Positions 57,132 to 64,000 of a DNA stretch of 64,000 nt are shown one piece after another. Position 1 is the stretch's first letter. Every line of letters begins with the position of its first letter. The position numbers were made by a program, and so were the translations under genes. A model generated the notes under the pieces. The model was not told where the DNA came from. It did no database searches and was given only the letters and a program-made list of their open reading frames with translations. This DNA is from Nitrosopumilaceae archaeon (lineage in GTDB: Archaea > Thermoproteota > Nitrososphaeria > Nitrososphaerales > Nitrosopumilaceae): NCBI GenBank assembly GCA_965214835.1, contig CBDCCK010000002.1:2112001-2176000 (forward strand), given 5' to 3'.

Positions 57132-58232
57132 ATGTACCGTGAACTTGCAATCATTCTGGCAGTATTTTGCACGGCCCCAGTATATGGCGTGCAGCTTGAC
57201 GCTAACATACTAGGAGATCAGATAGAGCCGGAGTTTAGGTTTCTAAGGGTGGTGACCATTGAACATCCTGCCGGCAGTCAGCTTGCAGAGGCGTTCAGAG
57301 ACGCAGACTCTGAGATTGCATTTGCCATCAACTCTACGGGCCCTAGCGGCCTGGTGGATACCTTCAACCGGGGCATACGGGAGGAGCTTAGCACCGCTGC
57401 CGTCGAAAGCATCGCATTAAAATACAGGGCAGTGATCTCGCCGCAGCCGCAGTCTACTACGATCGAATACAAGGTTGATGTAATCCCCGTGTTGTCTGGC
57501 ACTACAAGCTCTGATTTTGTGGACTTTCAGTGGAGGGGCTTTGACATTACCGAACCTGTAGTGGTTTCCACCCGGTACGGGGAGTATGACATCAACCATC
57601 CTTCATCTGCACTGCAGGCGCTTGCACCCCTGGCATACGAAAAGCTCGAAAAGACCGGTGCCGACAGGCTGCTGTCTGCCCATATGCTTGATGCCTCGGG
57701 ACTGCGGATCCCGCTGCCAGACTGGCACTTCCTGTTTGACCCCATAGGGAGGCTACTACCCGACATGGCAATCGATACCGTGGTATCTCAGTACAGCCTG
57801 GGCCAGTGCAAGATTACCGACAAGCAGATCTGCAGGGACAAAAGCCACAAAGTGGACGTACGTCTGGACGAAAAATACACGATCCACTCAACAGAATCAA
57901 AGGATGATGCGACCGTGATGCTCCTAGGATATACCATGGTGACATCAGTCCATGGGTTGGAATACTTTGAGCGCATTCCCGAGGCGGCCACCGGCCCGAT
58001 TGAGGATCTCTCCGTCATGCTGATATACGGCATGGCAGGCATAGCAGCTGCTGCAGGAGGGATATTCTTCGTCATCAGTGGAAGAAAATCACGCAAGGAG
58101 GAGGGAATGGGCCAGACAGGAATAGATCCTGCCAACCTGATATCCTACGATACCGCTGCAGGCAGCGGCGCCTATCACACCAACCGGGGCGAGTCCGTTG
58201 TGCGCGGGACTGTGGCGCGCTCGGCCGTATAG
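57132..58232 (+). CDS. exported protein with C-terminal TM anchor
   Basis: Signal peptide, C-terminal TM plus basic residues; divergent from the regulator across an AT-rich gap. Confidence 0.75.
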   Translation: MYRELAIILAVFCTAPVYGVQLDANILGDQIEPEFRFLRVVTIEHPAGSQLAEAFRDADSEIAFAINSTGPSGLVDTFNRGIREELSTAAVESIALKYRAVISPQPQSTTIEYKVDVIPVLSGTTSSDFVDFQWRGFDITEPVVVSTRYGEYDINHPSSALQALAPLAYEKLEKTGADRLLSAHMLDASGLRIPLPDWHFLFDPIGRLLPDMAIDTVVSQYSLGQCKITDKQICRDKSHKVDVRLDEKYTIHSTESKDDATVMLLGYTMVTSVHGLEYFERIPEAATGPIEDLSVMLIYGMAGIAAAAGGIFFVISGRKSRKEEGMGQTGIDPANLISYDTAAGSGAYHTNRGESVVRGTVARSAV

Positions 58233-58259
58233 TCCTGCACCGCAACCTTCCACCCACCT

Positions 58260-58360
58260 GTAAGAGTTTACCCTCCAGAAAATACGGTGTGGGGAGCATG
58301 GTGATCAAGGCCCTGGCCGGCAGTGTCGCCTGGGGGGGGGGGGGGGGGGTAACCTCTTGT
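58260..58360. mobile_element. IS66-derived MITE with expanded G18 tract
   Basis: GTAAGAGTTTACCCT ... G18-TAACCTCTT. Confidence 0.75.
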
Positions 58361-58362
58361 CT

Positions 58363-58587
58363 TCACCCGTTGACAAAGGAGTATTTCTCCCCGCATTTGC
58401 CGCACCTGTCATGAACGCCCTCCTCCGGCTTTGTCATCCCGCAGGTGCTGCAATACCGCATGGCACTCCTTTCCATGATCTGCTGAGAGCAGCTTAGCAT
58501 CTCCTTGGGAGTATGCTGGCTTTTTGGTCTAGTGCAGATGGGACACAACTCGTCTCCTGTCATTGGCTTTGGTGGATCCGTCATCAT
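58363..58587 (-). CDS. small zinc-finger protein
   Basis: CPIC..H..C, CSTC, CGKC. Confidence 0.65.
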   Translation of the reverse strand: MMTDPPKPMTGDELCPICTRPKSQHTPKEMLSCSQQIMERSAMRYCSTCGMTKPEEGVHDRCGKCGEKYSFVNG

Positions 58588-58864
58588 GTTTTGTAGGTCG
58601 GCAATTTTTCCTTTTATTAATTACGCATAAAACCGGGGATTTGGCGCGTTTTTGGAGTCATTTGTAGGGTATCATGGCCCGTACGTGGCCTGCCGCACGG
58701 ATAATGTGGGCCGGCCCTGGGGTGCGCAAAAACCACCCTTGCACCGACGTCCGCAGTACTGCCGTGCGTTTGGCAGGCAGCCACCTGTTCCGATCCAGAC
58801 CATGGACAAAAGTCGGCCGAGTCAAATACTTTGAATATTTATTGATCTGCATTTCGCTTAATGT

Positions 58865-59797
58865 ATGCAGGACAGGAAGCTGCTGATTGGAATCGGCATG
58901 GTATCTGTCCCCTTCATCGTGGCCCTCTCCCTGCACCCTGACAGCTTTGGCTTTAGCTGGAACCAGGGACGCGGCGGCTTTATGTTTGCACTGGCATTTG
59001 TCATTGCCGAGCTGGTCGGATTAAAGCTGTCCGTCCCCAAGACGCGGCTGCTGTATGCCGTTCCAGTCACTGCTGCCATCATCGGATATTTTGTTGCCCT
59101 GGAGATCGGGCTCCGCGAGGCAATCAACGATGCGGCCTCCAGCTACGACGTCCAGCTGTTGGATTCCTGGACCTGGATGTGGGACTTTGTGCTTATGGCA
59201 ATCTATATGATTGCCGTGCTTTTCATCTTCTTTGGAAAAAGATGGATCCGCATCGGCCCTGCAGGCCCGATCTTTCTTGCAGGAAGCGCCGCAATTTTGT
59301 CCCTGGATGCGTTTTTCCCCTACGATACCCTGGGGCCGCTACAGTATGTCGTCCCATACCTGGTTCAGGCAAACGTCTGGGTGATCACCGCACTCGACCT
59401 TGGAACTGCGACTGCGCGGGACAATGTGATGTTCCTGCGAGGAGACTTTGGGCCGATGGTACTGCAGGTATTCTGGCCGTCTGCCGGCGTTCACAGTGTG
59501 ATCATCTATTCCCTTGTCATGATGGCATTTTTGCTCAAGATGCGGATTCCAAGAGGGCGCAAGTCGGTGTATTTTGTCCTGGGAATCCTGGGAACCATCG
59601 GCGTGAACATGATCAGGATCTTCTCCCTGTCCGTTTATGCGCTAAAGGTCACGACTGACGCTGCGCGGTGGGAGGAGTTCCACAAGATAGCCGGAGAGAT
59701 AATGTTCCTTCCATGGCTGTTTATGTTCCTGATGGCAGTCATGATAATAGAGTCTAGGCGCCTCAGGCGTGAGGAGGACTCTAAAAACAGTCCGTAG
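58865..59797 (+). CDS. thaumarchaeosortase (archaeosortase family)
   Basis: Multi-TM; WPSAG (Ser at the Cys position), N..RI, FH. Confidence 0.88.
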   Translation: MQDRKLLIGIGMVSVPFIVALSLHPDSFGFSWNQGRGGFMFALAFVIAELVGLKLSVPKTRLLYAVPVTAAIIGYFVALEIGLREAINDAASSYDVQLLDSWTWMWDFVLMAIYMIAVLFIFFGKRWIRIGPAGPIFLAGSAAILSLDAFFPYDTLGPLQYVVPYLVQANVWVITALDLGTATARDNVMFLRGDFGPMVLQVFWPSAGVHSVIIYSLVMMAFLLKMRIPRGRKSVYFVLGILGTIGVNMIRIFSLSVYALKVTTDAARWEEFHKIAGEIMFLPWLFMFLMAVMIIESRRLRREEDSKNSP

Positions 59798-59925
59798 TGA
59801 TGCGGGATCCCCTGACATCTGGCACCGGTGCCTAGACTGCAAGAAGGGCTCAAAACAGCTCACAATGCTGCGCCTGCAAGCTCATCGAACCAGATGAGCT
59901 TGAGCCAGCGCGAGGGGGGGGGGCT

Positions 59926-61017
59926 CTAAAAATAACTAGTAATGCTGCTCTGTCCCTGGATTTCGGTCAGCTCTGAGACCTTCACGCCCAGCCTTCTGAC
60001 CGGGAGATCCTGGCCCTCTAGTGCTTCTGCCAGCAGTGACTCTGCTGTCTTTTCCAGCTCCCTTTGGCTGTTGGTCGGGTTTCTGAGCATCCTTGACTTT
60101 GTCCGGCTTGACAGATCCGACTGAAAAAACTGTATTCCTACGGACTTGAACATGCGGTTGTTCTCCAAGACCGTCTGGTGTAGCTGCCCGCAGATCTTCC
60201 TTAGCACTGGCAGCAAAAACCCGTACTCTTTGGAGTCCTGCCTTAGTGTGACGATCCTGCTGTATTGTATGCTGGGCTCCCGTTTTTTTACTGGTTCGTT
60301 GCTTATCCCCCTTGCAGAATTGTAGATGTATGCGCCGCTCCTTCTGCCAAAAACCTGGTTCAGCCTGAAGATATCGACTTGTCTTAGCTCACCGATGGTC
60401 TCCAGGTTCATCTCCGAGAACCTCTCCTCTGTCTTTTTGCCGATTCCCGGAATGTCCCTGATTTTCAGCTGATCCAAAAATCCCTCCACCTGTCCGGACT
60501 CTACGACCGTCAGGCCGTCAGGCTTTTTGAAATCCGACGCGATTTTTGAGACCAGCTTGTTCGGAGACACCCCCACTGAGCAGGTCATTTTCAGCTTTTC
60601 CCTGATTTGGTTTTTGATCTTCTGTGCTAGGTGGCTTGCAGTCTTAAAGTCACCTCCCGCCTTTTTTGTGACCTCCAGATACGCCTCATCCCGCCCCACA
60701 TACTCAAACACGTCTGCGTTCTCGCTCATAATTTTCATTGCCTGTTCTGAAACCTCCGAGTAAAAGTCAAAGTCTACGGGCAGAAAAACCGCATCAGGGG
60801 CCCCCTCCAGCCTGTTTTTTGCAAACCTTATCGGCATTCCTGACCTTACCCCGAAATCCCTGGCCGCATAGTTGGCAGTGGCAATGGCCCCACTGTCCTC
60901 CCCCCTGTCTGAAAACACACATACTGCAACGGGCCTTCCTTTCAGGGTGGGGTTTCGTATCTCTTCACATTGTGCATAGAAGTAATCAAAATCAATGTGG
61001 AAGATAATCCTGCCCAT
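59926..61017 (-). CDS. dinB: Y-family DNA polymerase IV (Dpo4/DinB)
   Basis: HIDFDYFYAQ, NYAAR.FGV, DEAY, SKIASD..KP; PIP box QSSITSYF. Confidence 0.95.
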   Translation of the reverse strand: MGRIIFHIDFDYFYAQCEEIRNPTLKGRPVAVCVFSDRGEDSGAIATANYAARDFGVRSGMPIRFAKNRLEGAPDAVFLPVDFDFYSEVSEQAMKIMSENADVFEYVGRDEAYLEVTKKAGGDFKTASHLAQKIKNQIREKLKMTCSVGVSPNKLVSKIASDFKKPDGLTVVESGQVEGFLDQLKIRDIPGIGKKTEERFSEMNLETIGELRQVDIFRLNQVFGRRSGAYIYNSARGISNEPVKKREPSIQYSRIVTLRQDSKEYGFLLPVLRKICGQLHQTVLENNRMFKSVGIQFFQSDLSSRTKSRMLRNPTNSQRELEKTAESLLAEALEGQDLPVRRLGVKVSELTEIQGQSSITSYF

Positions 61018-61094
61018 GTTATCTGTTGCTGGAAATTACTTATTATAATATCGAGGGCAGCTCATCTAAATACTCCAATGGCCTGTCCTTGTAT

Positions 61095-61340
61095 GTGAGT
61101 GATCCTGTTACCGTAAGCGAAGGGGGCGTAAACCTCAAGCCCAATCTAATGGAAAAAGAGAGGCTCTATCACTGCTTTTTCCGTGATAGGCTAATGCTGT
61201 TCTTCAAAGATGCTCAGGACTTCCTTAACTGCTACGAGATTGAGGAGAGGGATCTTGTAGAGAACGCTCGGGGCGCCTCAGACGGTGACATTGAAAAAAT
61301 TTTTGAAGAGTATATTAGAACCCAAGACCTTAATAATTAA
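61095..61340 (+). CDS. hypothetical protein
   Basis: In-frame GTG start; ORF-track frame 61026. Confidence 0.6.
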   Translation: MSDPVTVSEGGVNLKPNLMEKERLYHCFFRDRLMLFFKDAQDFLNCYEIEERDLVENARGASDGDIEKIFEEYIRTQDLNN

Positions 61341-61377
61341 ATAAAAGCAAATCAAGTTTTTGTAGCGACGATGCAAA

Positions 61378-61977
61378 TTGAGCGATCCAAGAAAATCTAA
61401 AGATGCTGAGGATATTTTAGCAGAATTTACTAGCAATAAGGAACCTCCGCCAGAACCAACTATGGAACCAGAACCTCCGCCAGAACCAACTATGGAACCA
61501 GAACCTGCGCCAGAACCAACTATAGAACCAGAGCCTGCACTGGAGCCAACTGCAGAACCAACAGAGCCAACTGCAGAACCAACAGAGCCAACTGCAGAAC
61601 CAACAGAGCCAACTGCAGAACCAACAGAGCCAACTGCAGAACCAACAGAGCCAACTGCAGAACCTGAACCAGCACCAGAAAGTCCTGATAACTCGGGAGC
61701 CAATCTTGAACGTAATGTTATCTTTGTTGGAACAAAACCCATCATGACATATGTGACTGCAACACTAACACAGCTGGCCTCGCAGAATGTAGTGACCATC
61801 AAGGCCAGGGGAAAAAGGATCACACAGGCAGTTGATGTATCGCAAATGATTGTAAAGCGCATGGATACTGTAGGATACGTCGTGTCCAAAGTCAGAATAG
61901 CATCTGACTCTTTGACCTCTCAGGATGGAAGAGAAAGAAACGTCTCCACCATTGAAATTGACATTACAAAAGCGTAA
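61378..61977 (+). CDS. albA: Alba DNA/RNA-binding protein with long acidic P/E/T-repeat N-terminus
   Basis: IFVGTKPIMTYV, IKARG..I..AVDV, VSTIEI. Confidence 0.92.
   Translation: MSDPRKSKDAEDILAEFTSNKEPPPEPTMEPEPPPEPTMEPEPAPEPTIEPEPALEPTAEPTEPTAEPTEPTAEPTEPTAEPTEPTAEPTEPTAEPEPAPESPDNSGANLERNVIFVGTKPIMTYVTATLTQLASQNVVTIKARGKRITQAVDVSQMIVKRMDTVGYVVSKVRIASDSLTSQDGRERNVSTIEIDITKA
61441..61664 (+). repeat. coding tandem repeats: 30 bp x3 and 21 bp x~6
   Basis: GAACCTCCGCCAGAACCAACTATGGAACCA; GAGCCAACTGCAGAACCAACA. Confidence 0.9.
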
Positions 61978-61988
61978 CACTAGAGGGA

Positions 61989-62200
61989 TTGTTCTTGTCA
62001 TCGTAGTCTCTATTTCACTAGCGGGCCTGGCATCTGTGGCAATCGGAGACTCCTGCGAGATTCAGCACGTAGATCTGCTTGCCGACATCAACGAATACGA
62101 GCAGACCATGGATCCTGATTTTTGCTACTCTGTAGTTGAGCGGATTGGCTCATTTAACGACAAGTGTGATATTCATCTTGAAATACTAGATTGTGGGTAG
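61989..62200 (+). CDS. small exported Cys-containing hypothetical protein (start uncertain)
   Basis: Hydrophobic N-terminus, four Cys, ends EILDCG. Confidence 0.45.
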
Positions 62201-62809
62201 ATCTGCCAGGAAGGTCACCCCAAAGTAGATCAGCACACCGCTTACTGCGACTCCAGCGGCCTTGTAACTCCTGTCTGATAGAAATCTGCTGCCTTTTGAT
62301 GCCAGTAGCGCCGTGGCCCCCAGCCACGCAAAATCCATCCATATGTGCAGCGCAAACATGACAAGGATCCCGTAGGCTGACCACAGCTCCATTGAGTCTG
62401 AGATTAGCTTGGAGCCTATTGTAAGCCACCAAATTATGAAAAACGGGTTCAGGCCGCTCAGAATGACGCCTGCCAGTATTGGTCCGTGCCCGCGGTTTTT
62501 TGGCTCAGATGATTTATCCGCAATGACTGATCTGATCTGCAGCCCCGCAAAGGCAAACAGCCCAGCCGCACCCAGTACCGTAATGCTGGCCCTGAGCTGT
62601 GGGATCGCCTCAAGCGAGACAATTCCAGCTCCCAAAACCATGACCAGTGGCAGCTCGATGGCCGCGTGCCCAATCGCAATCTTTAGCCCCGCCCATGCCC
62701 CATGCCTGATTCCGTAGAAAAGGTTTGATGCAAACAGTGGGCCCGGAGACATGACCCCGGACATGGATATCAGCACAACTGCCGCTGCAAAGGCAAGAAA
62801 CTCCTGCAT
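62186..62809 (-). CDS. LysE family translocator
   Basis: SGVMSPGPL, GH..IE, LNPFFIIWW. Confidence 0.88.
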   Translation of the reverse strand: MQEFLAFAAAVVLISMSGVMSPGPLFASNLFYGIRHGAWAGLKIAIGHAAIELPLVMVLGAGIVSLEAIPQLRASITVLGAAGLFAFAGLQIRSVIADKSSEPKNRGHGPILAGVILSGLNPFFIIWWLTIGSKLISDSMELWSAYGILVMFALHIWMDFAWLGATALLASKGSRFLSDRSYKAAGVAVSGVLIYFGVTFLADLPTI

Positions 62810-62844
62810 ATGCCAAATCTTGGGGCCAAAGCCAGTTAATACGG

Positions 62845-63561
62845 TTATCCGTACATGCCGTCCTTTAGGTGCCTTGCCTCCTGTTCGGTCTCTTTGATTA
62901 TTTTTTCTGCCTTTTTTGCCTCGTCTTGCAGCAGCTCGATGTTGCAGGATGCCCCCGGAACCAGTTTTGACATGGCGCCGCATAGCTGGGCACTGGCCTT
63001 AAAGTCCGGCCCCTGGCTTACCGAGTGAAACAGGATAACCGCGACGTCCTGTCCGCGCAGCATCCCCTCATTGAGCAGGCATCCCGGAATTCCCGGAATC
63101 GTCCCCTGACTCAGAACGCTGATTCCCGCCTCCAGCAGTCTTTTTTTTGCACCGTCCGTGCTTGCTGCGGCCAGCACCCCATCACCGAGATCTGGAATCC
63201 TTACTGCAACGCTTGACACAATCAAGCCTACTTTGTGCTCCTTGGCCCAGTCCAGCATTGATCTTGCAATGATCCTGTGCAGTGATCCGTGAATCGTAAG
63301 ATATGACGAAAAGATCCCTACCTTGAGATCATTGTTTACAAATATTCTTGTGGGGTAGTTTGGCTTCCCGTCCCTCACTAGGCTTACCGGGGGAAAGCTG
63401 TCTGAATCGATGATCCCTGCCTGCCTGAACTGTGACGTGTGGATCATTGACTCTGTGGCAATCGCACTGGAGAATCCTACGGATGGAAAGCCGTCAATCA
63501 GGTAGCCGTCTTTGAGGTTGATTTGCTCTAGCTCCCTTATTGTGATTTCTGGCTGCGACAT
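62845..63561 (-). CDS. proteasome assembly chaperone (PAC2) family protein
   Basis: GFPSVG..S.IA, FPP, GPDF..A. Confidence 0.85.
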   Translation of the reverse strand: MSQPEITIRELEQINLKDGYLIDGFPSVGFSSAIATESMIHTSQFRQAGIIDSDSFPPVSLVRDGKPNYPTRIFVNNDLKVGIFSSYLTIHGSLHRIIARSMLDWAKEHKVGLIVSSVAVRIPDLGDGVLAAASTDGAKKRLLEAGISVLSQGTIPGIPGCLLNEGMLRGQDVAVILFHSVSQGPDFKASAQLCGAMSKLVPGASCNIELLQDEAKKAEKIIKETEQEARHLKDGMYG

Positions 63562-63603
63562 GACTGAACTGGCTCTGTAGTGGGTAATAGGTTTTGCCTG
63601 GTT

Positions 63604-64000
63604 CTAGCCTAGCCTTGCAGCCAGTGCCGCGTATATGAATGGCAAAATCGCCGTGGCCTCTGCGTGGATGGTTATCTCCCTTGCCTTGGTGGTGACCTTT
63701 CCCCATGATATTGCCTCCCTGACCAGCGCGCCGCTAAGGCTGCCGTCGAATTCCTGTGCCGTGGTAAGATATACCGCATAGTCAAGCCCCTCCCTGTACT
63801 GGTTCCACCACAGCGTGTGGTGCTTGGATATGCCTCCCCCTATCATCATCGCCCCCGACTTTTGCGCCTTGAATACGTGCCCGGATAACAGGCCCGCATC
63901 CGAAATCAGATCCAGTCCAAAGTCCGGGTGCTTTTGCGCAAACATCCAGACCTGGCTTCCCACTGCCCCGTCCATGATGCCTGGAACCACCACTGGGATC
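63604..64000 (-). CDS. dys: deoxyhypusine synthase, 5'-truncated by window
   Basis: GGGISKHH, DGSLSGA..REAISWGK. Confidence 0.95.
   Translation of the reverse strand, partial: IPVVVPGIMDGAVGSQVWMFAQKHPDFGLDLISDAGLLSGHVFKAQKSGAMMIGGGISKHHTLWWNQYREGLDYAVYLTTAQEFDGSLSGALVREAISWGKVTTKAREITIHAEATAILPFIYAALAARLG

Noticed and set aside
58865-59797. Ser replacing the catalytic Cys in the archaeosortase as a novelty
   Set aside because: This is the known hallmark of the thaumarchaeosortase subfamily.
1-64000. tRNA/rRNA genes, provirus, defence operons
   Set aside because: No cloverleaf, rRNA, integrase, capsid, cas or restriction-modification signature recognised by eye; tRNAscan-SE/Infernal were not run.

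Overview
This is a core-genome segment of a fairly GC-rich Nitrosopumilaceae (Thaumarchaeota) archaeon. The assignment is inferred from the gene set: thaumarchaeosortase, DnaJ-ferredoxin, CdvB/CdvC, FBP aldolase/phosphatase, EF-1alpha-rps10-rpoP, carAB, Nre, Dpo4, Alba and deoxyhypusine synthase. Intergenic spaces are dense with IS elements (ISH3/IS4-like, IS5, IS630, IS66, IS110) and several MITE families, often nested. The main finding is a set of three related IS110 elements: two decayed full-length copies and one 367-bp copy with no recombinase. Their 5' non-coding ends can be read directly as bridge RNAs, with target-binding and donor-binding loops matching each element's flanks and circle junction around a TG core. 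The guides differ between copies and covary with the sites occupied. In all three cases the target is a terminal inverted repeat (TIR) of another transposon family (an IS5-type end or a CAG-terminated MITE). Other points are a malonyl-CoA-reductase-N-like SDR, non-canonical starts for both carA and carB, three small Zn-finger proteins sharing an MGLF(G)K/RK N-terminus, and a GT2/sulfotransferase islet. All calls were made by eye; no database search or folding was run.
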